Source: Williopsis jadinii
Lineage: Eukaryota
Direction of reading: 5' to 3'
Length of the DNA: 64,000 nucleotides
Assembly (NCBI GenBank): GCA_024346625.1
Contig: AP024665.1
Coordinates: forward strand, 372,001-436,000
Below the pieces are notes generated by a model that was not told the origin of the DNA, did no database searches, and saw only the letters and a program-made list of their open reading frames with translations. A program made the position numbers and the translations under genes. Positions 54,658 through 64,000 of the stretch are shown piece by piece; the stretch's first letter is position 1; each line of letters begins with the position of its first letter.

Positions 54658-54772
54658 GGACACACAGCTATACACTGCGCTCCTACTGCTAGCTCTCTAC
54701 ACAGTGTGTGCTACTAATTATGAGAAAGAAATGTACTAGGACACGTGTGTATTTTCTCTTACAACCTCCCAA

Positions 54773-56425
54773 CTAGTCAGCTTGATCCCAATTGCCCGGT
54801 CTTGGTTGCTTTGGAACTTGAGGTCCACCAGCTCTCTTTGCCATGATGATTTGGTCTACAGACAAGACAGTGTTTGCAGCTTCTGTAGCAGCAGCGATAG
54901 CGAACTTCTTTGAAGCGAGCAGGTCATAGATACCCTCGGCAGTGATGTCTTTGACACCATTGGAAGATTCGCCGTCGATATCTACACCGAATGAGAGGCC
55001 CTCTGGTGTGCTATGCTTAGCGTATAGCCTTGGTAAGACCTCAGCTGAGTCCAAGCCTGCTGTTTCCGCAAGCACTCTAGGTATAACCTCAAACGCGTTG
55101 GCGTATTGCTTGATAGCTAATTGAAGAAGCCCGGGAGTCTTTTCACCGTACTGGGTGATTCTGTTCACCAATTCGGCTTCAATAGCACCTGCACCTGGAA
55201 GCAATCTGTTGTCCTGTGTGAGTCCCTTGATGGCAGCCACACCATCATCAATAGCTCTTTCTATATCATCCAAATTATTCTTTGTTGCGCCCCTGATAAC
55301 AATCGTTGAAGTTCTGGTAACTTCATTCTCTTGTCTAAAGATGGTGACTCTGTCGCCACCGATTTCCTTTGTTTCGATAATGTCAACGGTACCAACTTCT
55401 TCTGGTGTTGGGGCACCGAGACGTGGCAGTGGGGTGGCACCACATACTCTACAAACTCTTCTGAGATCGAACTTGGATGGGACTTTCAAAGTCAAAATCC
55501 CATAACGATCCAAGTAATGTTGCGCAAGCTCGCCAACTCCGGAGCCAGCAACAACAACTTTAACACCGGCATCAGCAATCTCTTTGACTATTTGATCAAC
55601 TTGAGCCTCTTCGCCTTTAGAGAAATCCAACATCTCACTAGCGTTGTGCAATAGGACTGTACCTTTAGTCTCGGTCTGTGAGATATCAACTGGACAAGTA
55701 AAAACGACAACTTTACTAGGTTCCTTCAAGTTCTTCAAATGGCCTTCAGGCTCTCTTGGGAATACCATACCTTTGATAACCTCACTGTTATAGAGAGAAC
55801 CACCCATGATCTTCACCACTCTGACACCATCCACGTTAAACGCCTTTGGATTCTTTGGCATAACGTTCAAGATAGCTTCGGAAACCAGACCAGAGATGAA
55901 GTCTTCTGAGCCATACTGCTTGGAACCAATGACAGGTTTGATCACCTTCTGGATGTCCTGTTTGGTTTCAACAGTACTGGAACTCACGGACAGCTTCTCC
56001 AAAGTTTCCAGCGCAAACTTGCTAGCCAATTGATATCCCTGGATGATCTCGGTTGGCTTCAGCCCAAGTGTCAACAACTTCTCAGCAACGTTGAGGAACT
56101 CACCAGCAAGGACGAGCACCAAGTTGGTACCATCTCCCATCTCCATCTCCTGCTGCTGTGAGGCCATGATAAGCAGCTTCACAGCCGGATGAACAACGTC
56201 AAGTTCACGCAGCATAGTAGCAGCATCATTTGTAATGAACACCTTCTGCAAATGGTTCACAATGATCTTATTTCTTCCACATGGTCCAATAGAGGTGAGG
56301 ACCAACTTTGTGATCTCTCTACAAGCCTGGATGTTCTTCTGTACGGCACCGTCCGCGTTAGAATAGGTCTGGTACCCCTGCTTGAACAGGCCAGCGTTAG
56401 GAGCTTGTGGTAGACGAAGTGACAT
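54773..56425 (-). CDS. CCT8: Chaperonin CCT/TRiC subunit theta
   Basis: MSLRLPQAPNAGLFKQGY, GPCGRNKIIVNHL, GDGTN, VDQIIMAKRAGGP. Confidence 0.98.
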   Translation of the reverse strand: MSLRLPQAPNAGLFKQGYQTYSNADGAVQKNIQACREITKLVLTSIGPCGRNKIIVNHLQKVFITNDAATMLRELDVVHPAVKLLIMASQQQEMEMGDGTNLVLVLAGEFLNVAEKLLTLGLKPTEIIQGYQLASKFALETLEKLSVSSSTVETKQDIQKVIKPVIGSKQYGSEDFISGLVSEAILNVMPKNPKAFNVDGVRVVKIMGGSLYNSEVIKGMVFPREPEGHLKNLKEPSKVVVFTCPVDISQTETKGTVLLHNASEMLDFSKGEEAQVDQIVKEIADAGVKVVVAGSGVGELAQHYLDRYGILTLKVPSKFDLRRVCRVCGATPLPRLGAPTPEEVGTVDIIETKEIGGDRVTIFRQENEVTRTSTIVIRGATKNNLDDIERAIDDGVAAIKGLTQDNRLLPGAGAIEAELVNRITQYGEKTPGLLQLAIKQYANAFEVIPRVLAETAGLDSAEVLPRLYAKHSTPEGLSFGVDIDGESSNGVKDITAEGIYDLLASKKFAIAAATEAANTVLSVDQIIMAKRAGGPQVPKQPRPGNWDQAD

Positions 56426-56765
56426 CCTGAACCCTCAACAACAAACTGAAAGACACGTCCCAAAGTCGAATTTGATCCAGCCAGCGCTTTCGCCTTCGAG
56501 AAGAGCTTTGTTTGTTGTTGTTTGTGCTTTTTTTTTCCACCGCTCGTCACCAACGAGACCCGGTAGGTACATCACGTGCACTGCTCCTCGGAATTGGGCG
56601 ACATATTGCTTATGTAATTCATCTGGACACCACAAATGTGAAATGTGCCAACCGGGCCAGTTGCTTCAACAACAACGGGAAGAAGCGTACAACTTCACCC
56701 GTCACAGGGCAGAGCTGCTTGGAGTGAGTGACAACAGGCACGTTTAAAGGAGAAAGAACGGCCCA

Positions 56766-59147
56766 ATGTCTGAGAGATTGAGTCTCGCTGACTACGATGT
56801 CAAGGAAGATCTCAGGAATTTGCTTAATGAGCCGGTATCGGTGGAGTCGTTAAGCACACAGATCAACTACGTCAACGGTTATAAACTGCACCTTGATTCA
56901 CAGCTCGCCGTCAATGAGGCGGAATACGAGGAATATTTGAAGTCCGATGGCCAATTCCAATCCAGTGAGGCGAAGAAGGACCTGGAGCTGATCATCAGTG
57001 AGATTTCGGAAAACAGGAAGCTATCAGCGAACACACAAGCGGTGATCACTAGCATGACCTCGGGTATTAAGAAGTTGGATGATGCTAAGAAGAACCTCGT
57101 TCTGAGCATGACTGTTTTGAAGAGATTGCAGATGATGATCATCGCAGATGAGCAACTCGGGTCTTTGATCGATGAGAAGCGATATACGGAGGCTGAGCCT
57201 CTTCTCGGTGCTGTCGGAGAATTGGTTGACCACTTCAAGAGCTACAAAAGTATCGACAGTGTTGCAAAATTGACAAAGAGTGTCAATGCATTAGAGGTGA
57301 GGCTAGCAGATCAGGTGCTGAAGGATTTTGAGCTGACATTGACGAACAAAGACCCCGTTGCAGAATCTGAGTTACGTAGTGCTTGTCGGATAATGGACAC
57401 GTTGGGACAAGAGTACCATGACAAATTGCTCAACTGGTTTTGTAATCATCAATTGAGAGAAATCAAGACAATATTCGTTAGTACTGATGAAGCTGGCTCG
57501 CTGGATAACTTACAGAGAAGATTCCTGTTCTTCAAGAGGGTTCTCAAGAACTATGAAGAATTGTTTGCGCCATTATTCCCTGAAAGCTGGAAAGTTGAAG
57601 AAGAACTTTCAAACAGATTCTGTGAGCATACCCGTGATGGTATCAAGCAGATCTTGTCACAGAACGGTAAGACCACTGATGTTGATATGTTGCTCAACTC
57701 ACTACAGCAGGCTCTTGATTTTGAAAAGTTCTTGAACAACAAATTTAGAAGATCTAATGATGATTCAGCCAACTCGTCAGTTGCAAATTTCAACACTCCA
57801 ATCCCAACAGATGGTGTCTTTACACACAAAGTTTCCGCAGCATTTGAACCGTTCTTGAATCTGTGGGTTGATCATCAAAACTCCTTCCTCAGCTCGAAGT
57901 TTATGGAGTTTCTCTCACAACCTAAGCTGCCACCCGATTCTCAAAACCATGCAAACGTCATCCCTTCATCTGCGGATCTATTCAGGGCCTATAGACACTT
58001 GTTGACTCAGTGCTCGAACCTTTCCACCGGCGGGCCATTGTACGATCTGTCAAAGCTTTTCCAGAAATGGTCCTTAGAGTACGCCAACAAAGTGCTTAGA
58101 CCAACTCTTCCAGCAAGTCAAATAACTGATGATGCCATCCCATATATCACGTTGGTGATCAACACAGCAGACTATTGTCATACCACGATGAATCAATTAC
58201 AAGAAAAGCTTACAGAACTCGTCGACAATGAGTATAAGCAACGTATAAACTTTGATGCTGCCAACGATTCATTCATGAGGCTAATCAACAGATCGTTGAA
58301 CATCCTGGTACAGAAAATCGAAACTGAAAGCGCATTCTCTTGGAGGGAGATGGCCAATACAAACTGGGCCCACATGGAAGATGTCGGTGACCAAAGTCGA
58401 TACATTGCCAGTTTGCGGGATGTGCTGCTGAACAACTGTGAAAAGATACTACCAACTCTTTCCAGGGACCTCTACGTTAGAAACCTTTGCGATAAGATTG
58501 TTGAATCCACTGTGAACCAATTCCTGCTGAACATTGTCAAGACGAAGCCCATCCCAGTTATCGCTGCTGAGCAGATGCTGCTGGATCTCAGTGTATTGAA
58601 GGAAACTTTCTTGAAATTGACCACATGTGCAGGTCCGGATTATAAGCCTTCCTCACAATATCAAAAGCACGCTGAGAAGATAACTGGTAAGCTGGAAATC
58701 ATATTAAAAGTACTTTTAACCCAGGACGCACCTCAAGAGGGACTTGTAACGAACTATTTCTATTTGATTGGGGATCGTTCGGTTGCAAACTTTATAAAGG
58801 TGTTGGAATTGAAAGGAATATCTGATAAAGACCGGCAAACAAGATACATTGACTTGTTCAAGATCCATATGAAGGCACATGACAATCTAATAGATTCCTC
58901 GCCTGTTCTTGCCAAACTTGTTGTTGAATCCGGGACAACAGTCGTTCCATCTTCCACTGGGTTATTGAACACGAAGATCATGTCTATCTCACCTGATTTA
59001 CCAAGCTCACCAAAGCTCGAAAACTTGTTAAAGACGAAAGATGGTTTCAAAGAGTTTGCAAGTAACGGTGAAGCCAGTGTCAACAAATTGGGGGAAAACC
59101 TACACAAGTTTGGCCGTTTCTTCAACAGACAACATAACAATAATTAG
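56766..59147 (+). CDS. VPS53: GARP complex subunit Vps53
   Basis: IKKLDDAKKNL..SMTVLKRLQM, EAGSLDNL.RRF, NTADYC, VGDQSRY, AEQMLLDL. Confidence 0.94.
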   Translation: MSERLSLADYDVKEDLRNLLNEPVSVESLSTQINYVNGYKLHLDSQLAVNEAEYEEYLKSDGQFQSSEAKKDLELIISEISENRKLSANTQAVITSMTSGIKKLDDAKKNLVLSMTVLKRLQMMIIADEQLGSLIDEKRYTEAEPLLGAVGELVDHFKSYKSIDSVAKLTKSVNALEVRLADQVLKDFELTLTNKDPVAESELRSACRIMDTLGQEYHDKLLNWFCNHQLREIKTIFVSTDEAGSLDNLQRRFLFFKRVLKNYEELFAPLFPESWKVEEELSNRFCEHTRDGIKQILSQNGKTTDVDMLLNSLQQALDFEKFLNNKFRRSNDDSANSSVANFNTPIPTDGVFTHKVSAAFEPFLNLWVDHQNSFLSSKFMEFLSQPKLPPDSQNHANVIPSSADLFRAYRHLLTQCSNLSTGGPLYDLSKLFQKWSLEYANKVLRPTLPASQITDDAIPYITLVINTADYCHTTMNQLQEKLTELVDNEYKQRINFDAANDSFMRLINRSLNILVQKIETESAFSWREMANTNWAHMEDVGDQSRYIASLRDVLLNNCEKILPTLSRDLYVRNLCDKIVESTVNQFLLNIVKTKPIPVIAAEQMLLDLSVLKETFLKLTTCAGPDYKPSSQYQKHAEKITGKLEIILKVLLTQDAPQEGLVTNYFYLIGDRSVANFIKVLELKGISDKDRQTRYIDLFKIHMKAHDNLIDSSPVLAKLVVESGTTVVPSSTGLLNTKIMSISPDLPSSPKLENLLKTKDGFKEFASNGEASVNKLGENLHKFGRFFNRQHNNN

Positions 59148-59283
59148 ACAACAACGCTATCTTCTTTTACTTCTACAGAACTGTTGTAAACCACCGATGG
59201 CTTTAGAGCGTATCACACAGCATCAAATTGAGGTTAAAGTCATTAGAAATTAGACAAACAATACATCATGCATATACAAGACA

Positions 59284-59898
59284 TTACCAGGCATCCTCGC
59301 CTCTTCTAAAGGTCAATCCCAAGAATCTTGATAGTTTGTCATAGGCGTCAATGAGGTCCTCGGAGGAGAAGTCAGAAGGCTTCACTTCAACAGTCTCAAC
59401 TTCAGCAGCGTTTTCAGTCTCGACAAACTCCTCAAACTTTGCTCTCTCAGCAGCAGTTGGTGGGAGCAGTTCATAGAATCTAGCAAGCTTCACGAGATCC
59501 TCATCGCTCAGGTCCTTGAACTCTGCCAATGTGCCTGGGAACAGCTCCACTGGCGGCTCCTCACCATCCTGGTTCAACAGTGGAGCCAACAACTCGTTCC
59601 CAGTCTTCTTAGAGTTGATCAATCTTCTGATGCTACGCTCCTCCAGGACATCCAGCTGGCCTTGCAACTCGCCAACCAATTGCACCAAGTCTTCGTTAGT
59701 GGCGAAATCGCTCGTGTCGATTGAAGGAGACCGTTTGGCACTAGGCTTGGAGCCAAAATGGCCAACCCTGGTCTTGGTGTTCTCAACCTGTAAAGTTAAC
59801 ACCTGTTCTCCGGTCTTGCTGATAACCTCATTTTGCTTCTTCACAAGGAGTGCGAGCTCCTTAAGCTGCTCTGTGAGTGATTCAACAGTCTCTGGCAT
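59284..59898 (-). CDS. MRP8: Mrp8 family protein of unknown function
   Basis: ISKTGEQVL.LQV, DFATNEDLVQLVGELQGQL..LEERSIRRL.NS. First ATG at 59898. Confidence 0.9.
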   Translation of the reverse strand: MPETVESLTEQLKELALLVKKQNEVISKTGEQVLTLQVENTKTRVGHFGSKPSAKRSPSIDTSDFATNEDLVQLVGELQGQLDVLEERSIRRLINSKKTGNELLAPLLNQDGEEPPVELFPGTLAEFKDLSDEDLVKLARFYELLPPTAAERAKFEEFVETENAAEVETVEVKPSDFSSEDLIDAYDKLSRFLGLTFRRGEDAW

Positions 59899-60216
59899 TG
59901 TCACTAGCTGTTTACCTAAATATCTGGCTTCGATACGGTCGAAAACAGGGGAAACAGGGGGAAAGTTCGCAATTGATCCGAAAAAATGTCGGCAACTCAG
60001 GGGGGACGTTGTTCGCCTTTATATAAACAGCCCGCAACGCTACGCCATGTGTCACGTCACAAATTACACCCATACAAAAAGCCAGGGAAGCGACAGCACA
60101 GCCTGAGGGCGAATGATGTAATTTTACGACGAGTTGCGTATGTCGTATAAACAAGGGCACTTTGAGGGTTAGGAGAAGGCATTGATAGCAAGTCTTAAGC
60201 TGTGTAATTTAAGAGC

Positions 60217-60268
60217 ATGTGTGGAATGTGTGAGGAATGTGTATGGAATGTGTATTGAATGTATATAG
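60217..60268 (+). repeat. 11-bp tandem repeat (GGAATGTGTAT-like, about 4 copies)
   Basis: GGAATG at 60223, 60234 and 60245; TGAATG at 60256. Confidence 0.85.
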
Positions 60269-60354
60269 TGTACGTCCTTGACTCTGCCTGGCTCTCTGCC
60301 TGGCCCTTTGCCCGGCTCTCTCGCTCCAGCTTTATATTTTAAACAACATCACAC

Positions 60355-61331
60355 TTAGAACTTGAACACCTCCTCCTTGGTGAAGCCCAACTCCTTCAAG
60401 GCACCTGTGACCTCACCTTGGTCGGATGGAGACACCTTGTTACCGGAGATGGCCTCGTACAAAGGTGGTGGACCACACACGTAAACGTGGTGGTCGGCAC
60501 TTGGGCCTGGGATGTTCTTTGCCAACCACTCCTTTGTGATGTAGCCAACCTGTGCGTTTGGAGCGCTTGGAGAGGCCTCGTCGAGGAAGTAGGTCACGTT
60601 GACACGGTCTGGGAACTTTGCGGCGATCTCGTCGATCTCCTTCTTCAACAAGGTGTCCTCAGCGGTCTTGGAGCCGTAAACCAAATTCACCTTTGTCTTC
60701 TCCTGTGGGTCCTTGGTGATTTGGTGCAAGAGCTGGTACAATGGGGTGATACCGGAACCACCGCCAATCAAAGTGACGCTCTTGAATTGGTTTGGAGTCC
60801 ACTTCCACTTGATAATTGGGCCCTTGAAGGAGACTGTGTCGTTCTCCTTCAAGCCAAAGATGTGGTTACCAAACTTACCAGTTGGGTACTTCTTGATGAC
60901 AAACTCAATGGTGCCGGTCTGTTCTGGGTCAGAAACAGGGGTGTATGGTCTCACAACGTTGCTGCCCTTTGGCGTAACGTACTTGGCAAGGAGAATAGAC
61001 GCCGTCACCAAACCAGACTTGACATCCTCCGATGGGAGCGCAAAGGTGAACTTTCTGCTGTCATGAGAAAGGTCCTCGTACTTGATGAGCTAAGGAACAG
61101 CGGACGAGTCCCAGTTAGTACAAAGCTCAATTGGTACGCAAGCAGCAAATGCTGAACGGGGGGGAAACTCACCTTCAAGTCAATCCACTGGTCGTCGCCT
61201 TTGAAAGCGGCCGCTGGCTCGTTGGCAAGCGGTCTCAACGTGGAGAACGCCAATGTTGCGGCAACAGCGGCGGTGCCAACGGCAACTGGAACAATAAACT
61301 TGCTAGAGGTCAATCTGGAGATAAGAGACAT
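60355..61331 (-). CDS. MCR1: Mitochondrial NADH-cytochrome b5 reductase; exons 61331-61173 and 61089-60355 (297 aa)
   Basis: Intron 61090-61172 (GTGAGT, TACTAAC at 61114-61120, TAG) joins GDDQWIDLK|LIKYEDLSHD. RPYTP, GGSGITP and CGPP motifs; N-terminal targeting/hydrophobic segment. Confidence 0.96.
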
Positions 61332-61654
61332 GGTGTATTCTTCTCGAGGTGAATCAATTGGAAAGAGAGAAGCGAAAAAGGGTGAGTTTAAGAAGAAACA
61401 AAGCACAGCACTCATAATTTCAATCTTCGATTCGTCAGCTTACCAAGCACATGCGGCCCACGCCTGGTTGGAGCACGGCGAGAAAAACTGTGGATCCGAA
61501 AGGGGAGCAGTGGACCTGAGCTCGCTTCTCTGGGCCGAGCAGCAGACACAATCTCTGCCCGCTCCCGCTTCTCCTTCCCCTTTGCCTCTCCCCGGCACAG
61601 AAACTCACAGGCTAAGACGTCTTGGTTCGTAGCCATCGGGAACAACTCCACAGC

Positions 61655-61687
61655 GAGACAGAGAGAGAGAGGGAGAGAGAGTAAGAG
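61655..61687 (+). repeat. (GA)n microsatellite directly upstream of the NNR2 ATG
   Basis: GAGACAGAGAGAGAGAGGGAGAGAGAGTAAGAG. Confidence 0.8.
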
Positions 61688-62771
61688 ATGAATAAAAGCG
61701 CCAACGAACTGCTCCAATTGGTGAGGAAGTTGGTTCCGCCGCTTTCCCCGGGCTTCTACAAGGGCCAAGGTGAGTTTACCCCATACCTGTGTTTTGTTGC
61801 TGGTGAGCGTGTGTGTGTGTGTCATTAGTACTGACGCCTTCTGTATCAAAGCCGGTAGAATTGCCGTTATAGGTGGCTGTGAGGACTACACCGGTGCCCC
61901 CTACTTCTCTGCACACGCTGCAGCTGTGTTTGGAGCTGACTTGTCACATGTGGTGTGCGAGAAGCAGGCTGCCGCTGTGATCAAGTCGTACTCTCCCAAC
62001 CTCATGGTCCATCCCTACCTGTACGAGTCGGATAACGTCCCTGTAGGTGAGGATGCAAACAACTGGGTGGATACGAAAGTGCTGCCAAAGGTGCACGGAC
62101 TGCTGGACCGCATCCATGTTGTTGTTCTGGGCCCCGGCTTGGGGAGAGACGAGTTGATGTTATCGACTGTGGAGAAGATCATTGCGTACCTGAGGGAGAA
62201 GAACACCGCAGTTGTGCTCGATGCCGACGCTCTGTTTCTCATATGTCAAAAGCCAGAGATCATACAGGGCTATGACCGCGCTGTTCTAACCCCCAACATC
62301 GTGGAGTTTAAGAGATTGGCAAAGGCCTTGGGTGTCGAGCACGATGACCTGGAAGAGGAAACAAGGCTCGTGGCCAAAAAGCTGGGTGTCACAGTCATGA
62401 GAAAGGGGAGTGAGGATGTCATCGTTAACGGGGACATTTTGATCAAGAGTTCGTTGCAGGGCTCAAACCGTCGTGCAGGTGGTCAAGGTGATACTCTAAC
62501 AGGTAACATTGCCACCTTACTGGCATGGGGTGACGCTTATTCTCAAGGGCTTTGGAGCCATCCTCAGGGGGAAATAACAAAGAATCAGATACCCGTGTTG
62601 GCATGCTTTGGAGCAAGTTGTGTGACAAGATACGCTGCGAGATTGGCATTTAACCAAGTTGGAAGGGCAATGCAAGCTACTGATCTCCATGCAAAGGTTG
62701 GAGAAGCGTATAAAGCCGTGATTGAAGACCAGTCGTTCTCCATACCGGACAAATCATCGACCAAAATCTGA
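61688..62771 (+). CDS. NNR2: ATP-dependent NAD(P)HX dehydratase; exons 61688-61769 and 61852-62771 (333 aa)
   Basis: Intron 61770-61851 (GTGAGT, TACTGAC at 61829-61835, AAG) restores YKGQAGRIAVIGGCEDYTGAPYFS; GPGLGR, DADAL, LTPN, GGQGDTLTG. Confidence 0.94.
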
Positions 62772-63059
62772 TATCTACAAACAGATCCATCTCCCTTTTT
62801 CCGTATATACGTGTTTTCAGTTGATTATAAACATATCAACAAGAGAAATACCATTGCTGTTTCACAACTAGACGGTAGAACAAGCGTCTCCATCAGAAGA
62901 AATATTGAAACACATAAAAAAAGTAAAAACAAATAATCCAATTAACAAAATGCATGATGAGAACCCCCTAATGATTCTTTTCCTCCCACTTCTCCAAGCT
63001 CCGCTTCAATCCTCCAGTATGTGTAAGTAGATATAGATTGACTGAAACATTAACCTACT

Positions 63060-64000
63060 TCAATAAGCTCTGACAGCTGGTGGAACAGACTTACACTCAT
63101 TCTCATCAAGGGTATGGCTGATGACTGCTCTGTAGTTCAACTCGACGTCAGCACCGTTCTCCTTTTGCCATGAAAGAGAGTGCTTCATCCAGTTAACATC
63201 ATCTCTCTCTGGATAATCCTCTCTGGCGTGAGCACCACGAGACTCCTTTCTGGCAACAGCAGATTCAGCAGTTTGAACAGCACAGGTCAAAAGGTTTTGC
63301 AATTCCAAAGTCTCAACCAAGTCAGAGTTCCAAATCATAGAACGGTCTGATGTACCAACCTCTGGGAAGGTCTTATCAACAGCTGTGATACCTCTAACAC
63401 CATCCTCCAAAGATTCTTGAGTTCTGAAGACAGAAACATCCTTTTGCATGGTCTTTTGCATAGCAAGACGAATGTCAGCAGTTGGTCTTGGACCGCTAGC
63501 GTTTCTAAGCTTGTCCAAGTTAGCAATACTCTCCTTACCCAAATCGGCTGGAAGTGGCTTGTGTGGCAAACCTGGTTGCAAAGTGTCAGCAATAGTCAAG
63601 GCAACAGCACGACCAAAGACAACCAAATCCAAAAGGGAGTTAGCACCCAATCTGTTGGCACCGTGAACGGAAACACAGGCAGCTTCACCACAGGCCAACA
63701 AACCTGGAACAACCTTGTCCTTTCCTTCCTCGTCAAGGGTCAAAACTTCACCATTCCACTTAGTTGGGATACCACCCATGTTGTAGTGAACAGTTGGCAA
63801 AATTGGAATTGGCTCCTTTGTAATATCAACACCAGCAAAGATAGCAGCGGTCTCAGAGATACCTGGAAGACGCTCCTTCAACACTTCAGCTGGAAGATGG
63901 GACAATTGCAATGACATGTGATCCTTCTCTGGACCAACACCACGGCCAGCTCTGATCTCCATGGTAATAGCTCTGGAAACAACATCTCTACAAGCCAAAT
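63060..64000 (-). CDS. SDH1: Succinate dehydrogenase flavoprotein (C-terminal part; 5' end outside window)
   Basis: [45 protein letters not shown]. Confidence 0.97.
   Translation of the reverse strand, partial: LACRDVVSRAITMEIRAGRGVGPEKDHMSLQLSHLPAEVLKERLPGISETAAIFAGVDITKEPIPILPTVHYNMGGIPTKWNGEVLTLDEEGKDKVVPGLLACGEAACVSVHGANRLGANSLLDLVVFGRAVALTIADTLQPGLPHKPLPADLGKESIANLDKLRNASGPRPTADIRLAMQKTMQKDVSVFRTQESLEDGVRGITAVDKTFPEVGTSDRSMIWNSDLVETLELQNLLTCAVQTAESAVARKESRGAHAREDYPERDDVNWMKHSLSWQKENGADVELNYRAVISHTLDENECKSVPPAVRAY

Noticed and set aside
56571..56578. ATCACGTG (CDEI/Cbf1 motif) as a point centromere
   Set aside because: No AT-rich CDEII or CDEIII follows; at most an ordinary promoter E-box.
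60418..61155. 245-aa ORF antisense to MCR1 (and similar ORFs antisense to SDH1, MRP8, CCT8)
   Set aside because: Mirror frames of strongly codon-biased genes; no independent coding signature.
61770..61853. Signal-peptide-like N-terminus of ORF 61770..62771
   Set aside because: It is intron sequence read from the GTG of the donor site; the hydrophobicity comes largely from a (GT)n run.
62950..63050. C/D snoRNA-like box pair (ATGATGA at about 62953, CTGA at about 63042)
   Set aside because: Weak terminal stem, no rRNA guide that I can recognise, and it lies antisense to the SDH1 3' UTR; would need a snoscan/Rfam hit.
25740..64000. NAD(P)/redox gene cluster (QNS1, SOL3, MCR1, NNR2, SDH1)
   Set aside because: Spread over about 38 kb among unrelated genes and explained by ancestral synteny.

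Overview
Gene-dense segment of a budding-yeast (Saccharomycotina) nuclear chromosome with 31 protein-coding genes (two truncated by the window edges). I found no tRNA, rRNA, transposon or CRISPR. Gene order: SPT5(partial)-RAD33-ERV25-CYM1-DUF202 membrane protein-KAR2-TAD2-SNX4-RTT107-PML1-DBP4/HCA4-CTK2-AVT3-LTV1-QNS1-PRO1-PIH1-PPE1-PhoD-like (YGR266W-like)-CPD1-SOL3-DYN1-BFR2-MATE (ERC1-like)-NOP9-CCT8-VPS53-MRP8-MCR1-NNR2-SDH1(partial). Eight short spliceosomal introns (56-91 nt) in six genes were reconstructed by hand. They use GTGAGT/GTAAGT/GTTAGT donors, never the GTATGT typical of S. cerevisiae. CTG appears to encode Leu, which suggests a non-CUG-Ser, non-Saccharomyces yeast; the species cannot be fixed from sequence alone. 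This is mostly ancestral housekeeping synteny and I cannot demonstrate a new biological system. The best leads are: a 10 x 8-bp telomere/Rap1-like array in the QNS1-PRO1 divergent promoter; an 11-bp-phased GGAATG array upstream of MRP8; a three-intron DUF202 gene with an in-frame retainable intron; an uncharacterised PhoD-family gene head-to-head with CPD1; and very tight convergent gene pairs. Gene identities rest on recalled family motifs, not database searches.
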